DNA of 32,628 bases from Coleofasciculus chthonoplastes F2-STO-03 (GCA_040222015.1 JAVJWO010000131.1:1-32628); one strand, 5' to 3'; positions 1 through 8,562 are shown, counted from the first letter of the stretch. Made by a program: numbers and translations. The notes: generated by a model from the letters alone, not told the origin.

Positions 1-228
1 CAGTGTAAGGTAATTGTGAAAAAGTCCCTTAGCACCAGGACTCACGTTTGTTTGTGTGGGTTGATTCTGCAAAGAGATTGGAATGCGGCTATCAATATTT
101 TGCTCAAGGCAAAATCTAGGGATGGGCAATCCCGAAGTAACTCTACAGGAGTTGGAGCCTCTACGCTACTTGGCGCAAGCCTGGTAGAGCAAGTTCTGAC
201 GATGAATGTAGAATCCCACGCGCTTTAA
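1..228 (+). CDS. tnpB: 3' end of an IS200/IS605-family RNA-guided endonuclease TnpB (runs in from before the window)
   Basis: Frame 1 is open from base 1 (QCKVIVKKSLSTRTHVCLCGLILQRDWNAAINIL): C-terminal zinc ribbon plus the RuvC-III RDxNAAxNI motif. Confidence 0.9.
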   Translation, partial: QCKVIVKKSLSTRTHVCLCGLILQRDWNAAINILLKAKSRDGQSRSNSTGVGASTLLGASLVEQVLTMNVESHAL

Positions 229-244
229 GCCGTGGGAGTGTCAA
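211..244 (+). mobile_element. Right end of the IS200/IS605 element / 3' end of the omegaRNA scaffold
   Basis: GAAT + CCCACG-N10-CGTGGG hairpin + TCAA (241-244). GAAT/TCAA is the IS608-type guide/cleavage tetramer pair. Confidence 0.85.
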
Positions 245-320
245 AAAAGATTGTTGAGAGGATAGAGATGGTTAACAAGCGCGTCTGTCGGGGCGGGTTT
301 CACGATGATCATTTTTATTT

Positions 321-372
321 CCTGTTCCCTGTTCCCTGTTCCCTGTTCCCTGTTCCCTGTTCCCTGTTCCCT
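321..372. repeat. STRR heptamer array (CCTGTTC)n, about 7 copies
   Basis: Directly visible tandem 7-mer typical of filamentous cyanobacteria. Confidence 0.95.
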
Positions 373-490
373 ATCTAATGACAACTTAAAGAAACGCAAC
401 ATTAAAGAGAGTGCTTCGTAAGAATATTTTACATTTTTTTGCGGCAATCTTGGTTAAGCTGAAAATAACAGAGGAATTCAAGGAAAAATT

Positions 491-1000
491 ATGAATGCTG
501 TTTTTGGGAATAGCACAAAGCAACCCACCTGGCAAACGATTGCTCTGTTTGTCTTGGGTCTGTGGTTAAGTAGTAGCTTTATTCTAGACTTCGTGATCAT
601 GCCCACGCTGGGAACGGCTGGAATGTTGAACGACGCCAGTTTTGCCAGTGCGGGTTATTCGATTTTCTGGATGTTTAATCGGATCGAGTTACTCTGTGCC
701 GCTTTAGTCCTAACCAGCCTTTTGGCAATACGTGGCACATCTAATCTCTATAATCATGTTCGACGCTGGTCGATCCTATTATCTGGGCTTCTGTTAGCAA
801 TTGCTCTCATTAATACCTACATCATGACGCCCCAGATGAGCGCTCTAGCGATGCAACTGAATCTGTTTGAGCCAGCAACAGGTATGGCAAGCGGAATGGT
901 TGAGATGCATGAAGGCTATTGGTTGCTAGAAGCGATTAAATTAATTGTCGGTGCGACTGTATTGGCTTGGTGTTATCATGATTCGCGAGAAATTGCTTAA
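491..1000 (+). CDS. Four-TM membrane protein, DUF4149-like
   Basis: 169 aa, four hydrophobic segments, F..FNRIELL and H..YW.LE.IKL motifs. Confidence 0.75.
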   Translation: MNAVFGNSTKQPTWQTIALFVLGLWLSSSFILDFVIMPTLGTAGMLNDASFASAGYSIFWMFNRIELLCAALVLTSLLAIRGTSNLYNHVRRWSILLSGLLLAIALINTYIMTPQMSALAMQLNLFEPATGMASGMVEMHEGYWLLEAIKLIVGATVLAWCYHDSREIA

Positions 1001-1026
1001 CAGATTCTACTATTGAATCATCATTT

Positions 1027-1122
1027 GTAGGGGTACGATCGGTCGTACCCCTTTTGGTGTGGCACAGCCAAAATTGTGGGATAGATTTATGGTTAAATGG
1101 GGCGCACGCCGTGCACCCCTAC
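1027..1122. repeat. Inverted pair of GTAG-type REP-like palindromes
   Basis: GTAGGGGTACGA-TCGG-TCGTACCCCT (1027-1052) and GGGGCGCACG-C-CGTGCACCCCTAC (1099-1122). Confidence 0.75.
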
Positions 1123-1142
1123 AATTCCAATTCACCAATTAA

Positions 1143-1258
1143 TACCAAGTTACAGTCTAAGGTAGAATTTGTCATGCTGAGCGTAACGGAGTGTAGCGAA
1201 GCATCTGTCCAGATTCTTCGCTACGCTCGTCCTAGACATGATAGAACGCAACTCGGTA
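1143..1258. mobile_element. MITE-like element (~116 bp) with an internal palindromic repeat
   Basis: Imperfect terminal inverted repeats TACCAAGTTAC...GCAACTCGGTA with TA ends. Internal GTAGCGAAGCATCT...AGATTCTTCGCTAC stem. Confidence 0.55.
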
Positions 1259-1284
1259 TAAGGTGTGCCACGCCACTACCGATA

Positions 1285-3513
1285 TTATTCGCCATTCGAC
1301 AATCGACACCGCTGAACCGCTCCTGCTGACTCTCCCCTGATTCGTCGGATAGCGACTTCCAATTCACTTAAGTCTTCTTGTAAACCACAATATTGAACTT
1401 GCAGAGTCTGTAATGTGTTAGCTTCCACTGTCTTGCGCTCTTCTAACTGACGCAGTTCAGTTCGAACCGTCGCGATTCGTTGTTCTGTGGTTTGGATTTC
1501 CGCTTGCAGTGTACTTAAACGCTGTTGTACGCTGCCGAATTCACGGCGAGAGACTTCCAGGCGTTCTTGAGCGGTTTCGATTTCCTCCCGTACCGCTACC
1601 CGTTGGGCTTCTAAGCTTTGGCGTTCACTTTGGAGTGATTCAACTCTGGCTTCGGCGGTGCTAACCTCTTGTCGAACTTCAACTAACCGTTGTTGAGATT
1701 GACGTACAGACACTTGAGAGGCTTCCAGGCGTTCTTGAGATGTTTCAATTTCCTCCCGTACCGCTACCAGTTGGACTTCTAAGTTTTGGCGTTCACTCTG
1801 TAGGGATGTCAGTTGGGCTTGAGCGCTGGTAACCTCTTGTCGCACTTCAACTAACCGTTGTTGAGAGCTTCGTACAGACACTTGAGAGGCTTCCAGACGT
1901 TCTTGAGCGGTTTCGATTTCGCCCCGTACCGCTACCAGTTGGACTTCTAAGCTTTGGCGTTCACTCTGTAGGGATGTCAGTTGGGCTTGGGCGCTGGTAA
2001 TCTCCTCTCGCACTTCGACTAACCGTTGTTGAGAGCTTCGCACAGACACTTGAGAGGCTTCCAGGCGTTCTTGAGACGCCTCAATTTCCTCCTGTATCGT
2101 TACCAGTCTCGCCTCTCGACTTTGGCGTTCACGTTGGAGTGATGTCAATTCAACTTGGGCGGTGTTAATTTCTTGTCGCACTTCAACTAACCGTTGTTGA
2201 GATTGACGTACAGACACTTGAGAGGCTTCGAGGCGTTCTTGAGCGGTTTCAATTTCCTCCCGTACCGCTACCAGTTGGACTTCTAAGGTTTGGCGTTCAC
2301 TTTGGAGTGATGTCAGTTGGGCTTGGGCGCTACTAACTTCCTCTCGCACTTCGACTAACCGTTGTTGAGATTGTCGCACCGCCGCTTGAGCGGATGAGAG
2401 TTGGGCTTGGGTGGTTTCAATTTCTTCTCGAATGGCGATTAACTGTTGTCGAGATTCCCGGATTTCGACTTGGAAGGATTGGAGTTGAGTTTGGGCGGTT
2501 TGAATTTCTTCGCCCAGGGCGACTAATCGCTGTTGCGATTGACGCATCGTGGATTGGGAGGATTCAAATTGGGCGGTGACGGTTTGGCGTTCATTCCGCA
2601 ACGTCTCTAATCGGGCTTCGGCGGTGCGAATTTCGGCTTGCAGCGCTACAAGTCGCTGTTGGGCGCCACGAACTTCGGTGGTAGATTCGCCAGAGGTGGT
2701 AAGAATAGAGAGTAAGGTGGTTACTTCTAAATCTGTGCCGTTAAAACTCGCCGCTCGTTCTAAAGACGCGATCGCTTGTTCGTAACGTTCTAATTGATAT
2801 AGTGCTAATCCCCGTCGTTTCCAGGCGAGAGCGTTTCGCGGTTCAAGTTCTAAGGCTTGATCACAACTGGCTACGGCGTCTTGATACCGTTCGAGTTGAT
2901 ACAGGGCGGCGGCGCGATCTACCCAAACTGATGCTATCTGCTGATCAATTTGCAAAAGTTGATCATAGATGGAGAGCGCCTGATTATACTGTCGCAACTC
3001 ATAAGACAGCACTTGGGCAATTTGCTTGGGTATGACTGTAGTAATTAAGGTTTGTTCATACTCCGATTCGGCGTTTAAGGTTAAGGTTTGTTGCCAAGTT
3101 GTCACCGCCGCCTGATAGCGTTGGAGTTCGTATAAGGCTTGTCCTTTTTTATACTGAGCTAAAAGATAACTGGGTTGAAGTCGAAGCGCTTCATCGTAGG
3201 ATGCGATCGCACTTTCGTACTGTCCCCAACTACTGAATATCTCGCCGCGCCAGTACCACGCCAAGAACGCCTCTGGCTGAATCTGCACAATTCGTTCTAG
3301 GATCGCGATCGCTTCACGATATTTGCCCACACCCCGTAACTGGTTCACCTGTTGCCACAACTGATCTAGTAATTGCGCTTGTGCGATCGGCATCGTGGTG
3401 GGGGTGCGATCGAACTTTAGAGGTTCAATCGGTGTTTGCACCGTCGCACTGGCGATACCACCAGTCATTAATGTAGCTAAGGCTACGCCTATCTGAACCG
3501 GGATTTTCGACAT
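1285..3513 (-). CDS. Exported TPR-repeat protein with a long C-terminal coiled coil
   Basis: Signal-peptide-like N-terminus (MSKIPVQIGVALATLMTGGIASA), about 6 TPR units (AWYWRG..., YEQAIASLERA), then about 430 aa of Q/E/R heptads. Confidence 0.85.
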   Translation of the reverse strand: MSKIPVQIGVALATLMTGGIASATVQTPIEPLKFDRTPTTMPIAQAQLLDQLWQQVNQLRGVGKYREAIAILERIVQIQPEAFLAWYWRGEIFSSWGQYESAIASYDEALRLQPSYLLAQYKKGQALYELQRYQAAVTTWQQTLTLNAESEYEQTLITTVIPKQIAQVLSYELRQYNQALSIYDQLLQIDQQIASVWVDRAAALYQLERYQDAVASCDQALELEPRNALAWKRRGLALYQLERYEQAIASLERAASFNGTDLEVTTLLSILTTSGESTTEVRGAQQRLVALQAEIRTAEARLETLRNERQTVTAQFESSQSTMRQSQQRLVALGEEIQTAQTQLQSFQVEIRESRQQLIAIREEIETTQAQLSSAQAAVRQSQQRLVEVREEVSSAQAQLTSLQSERQTLEVQLVAVREEIETAQERLEASQVSVRQSQQRLVEVRQEINTAQVELTSLQRERQSREARLVTIQEEIEASQERLEASQVSVRSSQQRLVEVREEITSAQAQLTSLQSERQSLEVQLVAVRGEIETAQERLEASQVSVRSSQQRLVEVRQEVTSAQAQLTSLQSERQNLEVQLVAVREEIETSQERLEASQVSVRQSQQRLVEVRQEVSTAEARVESLQSERQSLEAQRVAVREEIETAQERLEVSRREFGSVQQRLSTLQAEIQTTEQRIATVRTELRQLEERKTVEANTLQTLQVQYCGLQEDLSELEVAIRRIRGESAGAVQRCRLSNGE
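1535..2375 (-). repeat. Five intragenic 168-bp (56-aa) tandem repeats
   Basis: Anchor [A/G]ACTAACCGTTGTTGAGA occurs at 1681, 1849, 2017, 2185 and 2353 (exact 168-bp period). Outer boundaries are approximate. Confidence 0.92.
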
Positions 3514-3765
3514 ACTGACTCCTCAAACCTTAAGATCCCATCAACGAGAATAACTCTGTTGATAGCTTAAATAATGTATAACATTATCAAGTTCTTTGTT
3601 TATATACTACTTTGGCTTAATAAATCCGTAATATCTTAGCAGAAGTTTAAGAAGTAGTTATCCCTAAAGACGTAGACTGTTTTTTCAACAACGCAACCAG
3701 CATCATTTTTTATTGGCTCCTATTGACAGGCAAACGCAATTCCCCCCAACGCGATCGCTCCTGGT

Positions 3766-3869
3766 TAAGCTGTCACGCATTTAAAATTGGGAATGGGTAG
3801 CGAGCAAGATGCTTGCATTACAACAATTTTGCAGTTGTTGACATTAAGGTTTAAATGCCGAACAGCTTA
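3766..3869. mobile_element. MITE-like element, copy 1 (104 bp, TA ends)
   Basis: Imperfect 20-bp TIRs TAAGCTGTCACGCATTTAAA / TTTAAATGCCGAACAGCTTA. A similar second copy is at 13069-13171. Confidence 0.85.
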
Positions 3870-3905
3870 ATCACGTCAGCACCCTACCTGTGCTATAGTC
3901 GTATC

Positions 3906-3921
3906 ATGTCAGATTTGACAT
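3906..3921. promoter_or_regulatory. Candidate operator of the toxin-antitoxin operon
   Basis: ATGTCA-GATT-TGACAT inverted repeat immediately upstream of the toxin remnant and the HTH antitoxin. Confidence 0.5.
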
Positions 3922-3942
3922 AATTAATGAAATTATTTGGAG

Positions 3943-4035
3943 CGGTAAGCGTTTGATTGAGAATTCGGTAAGCGTTTGATTGAGAATTGTAAGAGACGGC
4001 TAAAATTGTATGACGAAATCTCAGGGATGACATAA
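3943..4035 (+). pseudogene. C-terminal remnant of a RelE/ParE (Gp49/HigB-like) toxin, with a 23-bp tandem duplication
   Basis: 3970-4035 reads KRLIENCKRRLKLYDEISGMT*, resembling the final helix of Gp49-type toxins, and lies directly before an XRE antitoxin. CGGTAAGCGTTTGATTGAGAATT is duplicated (3943-3965, 3966-3988). Confidence 0.65.
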
Positions 4036-4045
4036 TAGAGAGCTA

Positions 4046-4381
4046 ATGATGGATGCAGTTAAGCGTCAACGTTTAGAAGCATCGGGTTGGCGAGTTGGAA
4101 ATGCAGAGGATTTTCTCGGACTTTCACCGGAGGAGGTAGCTTTTATTGAAATGAAGCTGTCTCTGAGTAAACGATTGAGGGAGCTTCGTCTGAGCCAGAA
4201 GCTTTCTCAGGAGAGTTTGGCGAACAGAATTAATTCGAGTCAGTCGCGGGTAGCAAAGATGGAAACAAGTGATCCATCAGTATCTCTTGATTTGATAGTG
4301 CGGACGTTATTGGCAATGGGAGCAACTCGTGAAGATGTGGCAGGAGCGATCGCCTCTTCCTGTTCCAGTTTATTACTCTAA
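4046..4381 (+). CDS. XRE/HTH antitoxin (HigA-like)
   Basis: MDAVKRQRLEASGWRVG..EDFLGLS N-terminus and LSQESLANRINSSQSRVAKME helix-turn-helix. Confidence 0.85.
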   Translation: MMDAVKRQRLEASGWRVGNAEDFLGLSPEEVAFIEMKLSLSKRLRELRLSQKLSQESLANRINSSQSRVAKMETSDPSVSLDLIVRTLLAMGATREDVAGAIASSCSSLLL

Positions 4382-4394
4382 TTCCCAATAAGGA

Positions 4395-4643
4395 GTGACA
4401 GTGGAAATGCTGGAACTTTACCAGCGCGTCGTTCTATCTCGCAACTTTCCAGAACATCATCTGCAAAAAGGTGACATTCTTACCCTAGTTGATTATGTGC
4501 CTCATCCTAGCGGTGATGAAGATGGCTATATTTTGGAAGTTTTTAATGCTGTGGGTGAATCTATTAATGTAATTGCTGTGCCGATATCCGCCGTTAAACC
4601 CTTGAAAAATAATGAAATTATTACCGTTCGTTCTCGCTTCTGA
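4395..4643 (+). CDS. DUF4926-family small protein
   Basis: LYQRVVLSRNFPEHHLQKGD..TLVD...GYILEVFNAVGESINVIAVP pattern. Confidence 0.8.
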   Translation: MTVEMLELYQRVVLSRNFPEHHLQKGDILTLVDYVPHPSGDEDGYILEVFNAVGESINVIAVPISAVKPLKNNEIITVRSRF

Positions 4644-4763
4644 GGCAAGTTAATAAAACTCCCTTACTATTTTTGAATTAAAACCGGAAAAGCTATCAGG
4701 TAGAGAGTTTTACCGCTCTGGGTTAGGGAATGCGATCGCGGGAGCCGATCAATGTCCGACTAC

Positions 4764-5702
4764 TTATAGTATTTTGGAACCAATGTATCCAATAATTATT
4801 TTGCCTGGTTCTAAGTCTACCGAAAAATGAAGTCGCCAAGCTCCTGGCGTCATGCGAACATGTAAACTGAAGATACGTTCGTTACCATCAGGACAGACAA
4901 AGGTGAACTTATTTCTCAACTGCTGGAGCCTTGATTCACTTTCTGGAGTTACCTTACTCGGTAATTGATCTAGATTAAATGAGCCGGATGTCCAACTTTT
5001 ACAATAGTTTTCCAGCTCAAATAATCTTTTGACAGCTTGTCGTAGTATTGGGTTACCAGTACCAAGGTTTCGTAGTTGCTGGTTAACGGTTTCACAAAAA
5101 ATTAGAGAAGGAAAAAGCTCACTTCTCCGGTTCCACAGATCTATTCCATCACGAACACTTGTCCTAAGACGATTCTGTATCCAAGGAGTATGTTCCTGTA
5201 TATGTTCAACTTTGCTAGCATGAAAAACTGTTATTCTTTCTGAATTTAAAGTTTCTTCATCTTCAAGCCACGTCGCTTCTAAAACTAAATGACTAAACTC
5301 CCATTGAGGTTCTGATTGGATGCTTAGAGCAAGGGACTCAAGCAAGTAAGCAATTTTCAAACCTTCAGTTGATTCTCCCTCAAAGCAAAAATCTGACAGG
5401 AGGTTTCTATCCTCAATCTCAGAATTTTGAAGATCTGCCAAGAAAGGAGTTTTTGTAGATAAGAGAATAAATCGCGATTTTTCTCGATCCACATTTCTAT
5501 CAACAAGCCAATCGGATAAAGAATAGTCAGGTGCAAGTACAGTAGCGTAAAACTGACTATGAGTACGAAGAATAGGATTTACGCCGAGTTCAGCCGCTGT
5601 TTGTGCGGTAGTAATCAGATCTGACATTCGTTGTCGAGCAGCTTGAATATTATCAGCCGGGATTCGCAAGGACAGCTCGTTCAATACCATTTCTAAATCC
5701 AT
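4764..5702 (-). CDS. nsnC: Putative Menshen effector (NsnC-like) with a C-terminal RelE-like region
   Basis: Third gene of the DUF262/DUF3696 operon (3-bp gap). Starts MVLNELS and ends FSLHVRMTPGAWRLHF...IIIGYIG. Confidence 0.65.
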   Translation of the reverse strand: MDLEMVLNELSLRIPADNIQAARQRMSDLITTAQTAAELGVNPILRTHSQFYATVLAPDYSLSDWLVDRNVDREKSRFILLSTKTPFLADLQNSEIEDRNLLSDFCFEGESTEGLKIAYLLESLALSIQSEPQWEFSHLVLEATWLEDEETLNSERITVFHASKVEHIQEHTPWIQNRLRTSVRDGIDLWNRRSELFPSLIFCETVNQQLRNLGTGNPILRQAVKRLFELENYCKSWTSGSFNLDQLPSKVTPESESRLQQLRNKFTFVCPDGNERIFSLHVRMTPGAWRLHFSVDLEPGKIIIGYIGSKIL

Positions 5703-5705
5703 GGT

Positions 5706-6815
5706 TTACGCATCCCTCGGTTTTAGCAATGTCATTAAACTTTTATCCCATTCATCAAAGAAACCATCGGGCCAGTAATCAATTCGTCCATTTCTATCAA
5801 TCCGTGGTGATATGACTTCAGTGTAAGCTTGTCGATCTTTTTCTTTGCGATCAAAATAGTGCAACTGAACATCATTGGGTTCAAGTTTTCCACCATGAAC
5901 AGCTAGACGAATCCCATTTAAAACATGGTCACTATGAGTTTCTATGACAACTTGAATACCGCAACTAGCGGCAAGTGCTAATAATTCACCCATTTTTGAT
6001 TGCCCTTTGGGATGAAGATGAGCTTCTGGATTTTCCAGTAGAATTAGTGTACCTGGAGGAGATGAAAGTACGGCGACAATAATGGGTAAAGTGTAAGTAA
6101 TTCCAAAACCAACATTGGTTGCACGGTAGGGGTTACTGAGTCCGTAAGAATATTGAAAATTCACCAAATCCATATCTTGGTTTGACTTGATTTCAATTCG
6201 TGTACCTGGGCTAACTTCTCCCATCCATGCCTCAACCTGATCTTTCAGATTAAGTGACTTTGCCTCTGGATGGATCAGATTACTGTTAGGAATATCTTTA
6301 TCTCTATAAGTTGCGAGAAAATGTGCTGTGTATTCTCCCCTAGTGCCAATTTGCTCATGTTGTCGTACTTGAAAATCTGATATCTCGAAGTATGTCCGGG
6401 GACCAATACGTTCTGCTTGAAGATAGTGGAATTTATCGCTGAAAAGACTTGATTTATAGACATCAGAAGCCGTTTTGGGTGAGGAAAGAGCTATTACATC
6501 TGCCTCTTGGTCGTAATTAAAACGCCATATCCCTTCCCTGCCATCCTCCCAAACCAGCTCAAAACTGATTGAGTCTTCTTTTGCTCCCTCAAAAAGTGCA
6601 TCTTGAGCTGTACCAATACAAACCAAGTCACCATTCAAAGCTAAACCTATGTCTGGTAATAAACTTTGTTGGTAGGATTGACGTAGCAAAAGAAGTGCTT
6701 GAATTACTGAGGATTTCCCGGTGCTGTTAAGACCAGAAAGCAAAGTTAGATGTCTAAACTTAAGTTGCTCAAACTCAAATGGTTTAAAGTTTTTCAAGAC
6801 CAGTGAACGAATCAT
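5706..6815 (-). CDS. nsnB: ABC/AAA ATPase with C-terminal DUF3696 (Menshen NsnB-like)
   Basis: Walker A GLNSTGKS, signature-like VGFG, Walker B/D-loop LILLENPEAHLHP, H-loop IETHSDH, C-terminal IDRNGRIDYWPDGFFD. Confidence 0.85.
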   Translation of the reverse strand: MIRSLVLKNFKPFEFEQLKFRHLTLLSGLNSTGKSSVIQALLLLRQSYQQSLLPDIGLALNGDLVCIGTAQDALFEGAKEDSISFELVWEDGREGIWRFNYDQEADVIALSSPKTASDVYKSSLFSDKFHYLQAERIGPRTYFEISDFQVRQHEQIGTRGEYTAHFLATYRDKDIPNSNLIHPEAKSLNLKDQVEAWMGEVSPGTRIEIKSNQDMDLVNFQYSYGLSNPYRATNVGFGITYTLPIIVAVLSSPPGTLILLENPEAHLHPKGQSKMGELLALAASCGIQVVIETHSDHVLNGIRLAVHGGKLEPNDVQLHYFDRKEKDRQAYTEVISPRIDRNGRIDYWPDGFFDEWDKSLMTLLKPRDA

Positions 6816-7981
6816 GTCAGCATTTCCTTTATTAACTTTTCAATAGCACTAAATCGATGTTTTACTTGATTGATTTTACCAGTTCCCTGAGAAATAGAGC
6901 CGACAAATTCTTGATCAGTTTCGATGAGGTCAATAAAATTTTTATTTAGGTCGTTTTTTCTTTGTTTTAGTAAATTTAATTCTTTCGGACTAAGTTGAGC
7001 AAGATTGACTGACCAAGATTCAAATAAAGCCTTATTAATTGGATATTTCCTTTTTAGATTAGCTTTAGACCGCTTCCGAAAAGCATATTTGCCAAAAATA
7101 TCATTTGCTGCATTCATTGCTCTTATAAATTCATACTCAAGACTATTTAATTGTTCATCACTCATCTTGTTTAATTTGAGCATTGTTTCGTTAAGAAATT
7201 CATCTAATATTTTAAAGTTATAATTGTTGTAACTATTAATCATAAAAGCTAAAAACCTCAAGACAAACTCATGATCTTCCATGCGGATTTTACTTCTTCT
7301 TGTAATTCCTGTCGTTTTTTTAAACTCTGTACAATCAGCTAACTTAGCCAAAAAAATCGTTGATTTTCCTTGATTAATAGCATGACGTATTTCTTGTGGA
7401 GATAGAGGCAAGCCACCAGTATTAATACGTTTAAATATATTGAATTTAACTTCAGGAGGTGTGCCTTTATCAATTAGATAAACTGTGAGTTGAGTCTCCT
7501 GAATTCTACGCTGATATTTTCGAGGAAGTTCATCATAACTATTACTTTCTATTTCGTTGAGATACTCTAGTCCTATTAGCCTAAGTTTCTTATCAAGAAC
7601 AAACTGTTTTAGTGCAGTTAATCTTTGTAAACCATCTACAACTAACCATTTCTCCTCATTAGTTGCATCCATGTAGAATGCTGGTAATGGAATACGAATT
7701 AAGATAGACTCGATTAGTCTGCTTTTAGCAGCATCAGTCCAGATTCCTGCTCGACGTTGAAAATCAGGTGCTAAGTCAAGTTCATGATGCTCAATTCGTG
7801 AAAGGACTAAGTCAATAGTCATTTGTCTGGTATCAACCCTAATCTTAGTTGGATCAAAAGGTTCAGTGGTTTCTTCTTCCTCTGGCTCAATCTCCTCTTC
7901 CTCGGACTCGCTCCAGTTGTCATCATCAATATCGGTGTCTTCTTCAGAGAATTCTGCGTTTAGGTTTTTCCGCTCCGTCAC
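6812..7981 (-). CDS. nsnA: DUF262 (ParB/GmrS-like) protein (Menshen NsnA-like)
   Basis: PDFQR, LIESILIRIPLP, VVDGLQRL and IFKRINTGG motifs. GTG start with AAGGAG RBS. ATGA overlap with the ATPase gene. Confidence 0.88.
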   Translation of the reverse strand: MTERKNLNAEFSEEDTDIDDDNWSESEEEEIEPEEEETTEPFDPTKIRVDTRQMTIDLVLSRIEHHELDLAPDFQRRAGIWTDAAKSRLIESILIRIPLPAFYMDATNEEKWLVVDGLQRLTALKQFVLDKKLRLIGLEYLNEIESNSYDELPRKYQRRIQETQLTVYLIDKGTPPEVKFNIFKRINTGGLPLSPQEIRHAINQGKSTIFLAKLADCTEFKKTTGITRRSKIRMEDHEFVLRFLAFMINSYNNYNFKILDEFLNETMLKLNKMSDEQLNSLEYEFIRAMNAANDIFGKYAFRKRSKANLKRKYPINKALFESWSVNLAQLSPKELNLLKQRKNDLNKNFIDLIETDQEFVGSISQGTGKINQVKHRFSAIEKLIKEMLT

Positions 7982-8008
7982 GACACTTACTCCTTATTAA
8001 CTCCATTG

Positions 8009-8026
8009 TCAACTGACTACGATCAC
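8009..8026 (-). pseudogene. Five-codon stub of a DUF3368/PIN toxin
   Basis: GTG ATC GTA GTC AGT TGA (MIVVS*) overlaps the UPF0175 stop codon (GTGA). MIVVS[D/N] is the usual start of the partner PIN toxin. Confidence 0.55.
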
Positions 8027-8268
8027 AGCCAACCTCGTTCTTGTAAACTCTTAAGGTCTTCTTGAAATTCAGCAACATCGTAATGAATGCAAATATTACG
8101 ATCAGCTAACAGTCGCTGAAATCGAAGTTGATTCATCCCTACTAACTCACTGGCTTTTCCCAAAGATATTTTATCCTTTTGAAAGAGTAGAATGACTAAC
8201 TCTAACATCAACTCTTCCGCTGACATCCCACTAGCTTTGACGATTTCATTGGGAATCACAATACTCAT
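8023..8268 (-). CDS. UPF0175-family antitoxin-like protein (81 aa)
   Basis: ISLGKASELVGM...FQRLLADRNI..HYDVAEFQEDL motif. Start moved to the ATG at 8268 because the upstream ORF extension runs through repeats. Confidence 0.85.
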   Translation of the reverse strand: MSIVIPNEIVKASGMSAEELMLELVILLFQKDKISLGKASELVGMNQLRFQRLLADRNICIHYDVAEFQEDLKSLQERGWL

Positions 8269-8442
8269 TGTCCTCTTCTTCTCCTGTCTGTGATAGTTCC
8301 TGTCCTCTACAATTACAGCAGATTCAACAGCGGTGCGATCTCGTCCTATTGAAGTTGCCTCTGAAATCCAGTCCTGTCTTAGGATAACGCGGTTGATGAC
8401 CCTTACTTTCACGGTATCTGCTTTAACGTAAGTGTGAATTGT

Positions 8443-8562
8443 GTAGGGGCGGGTTTCACGACTATCTTTTCGGTTGAACCCAGATGTAACTAAACCCGCC
8501 CAGACGCGCCATGGCGCGTCTCTACAATAGCCCAGACGCGCCATGGCGCGTCTCTACAATAG
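8443..8562. repeat. REP doublet followed by a 32-bp tandem duplication of a second palindrome
   Basis: GTAGGGGCGGGTTT...AAACCCGCCC (8443-8501). GCCCAGACGCGCCATGGCGCGTCTCTACAATA occurs twice (8498-8561). Confidence 0.85.

Noticed and set aside
241..1329. ORFs 241-447 and 1054-1329 (likewise 11671-11928, 12840-13109, 16766-17017 and 17484-17666)
   Set aside because: These are translations of STRR, REP or MITE DNA.
1535..2375. 168-bp periodic repeats as a CRISPR or ncRNA array
   Set aside because: They are in-frame coding repeats with no unique spacers.
3943..3988. Two 23-bp direct repeats as a mini-CRISPR
   Set aside because: The copies abut with no spacer and no cas genes are present; this is a tandem duplication in a toxin remnant.
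5706..7981. PARIS, GmrSD or Septu call for the ATPase/DUF262 genes
   Set aside because: No TOPRIM or HNH partner motif is seen; DUF262 + DUF3696 ATPase + third gene fits Menshen better.
8269..8544. N-terminal extension of the 173-aa ORF
   Set aside because: It runs through REP palindromes; the UPF0175 pattern begins at ATG 8268.
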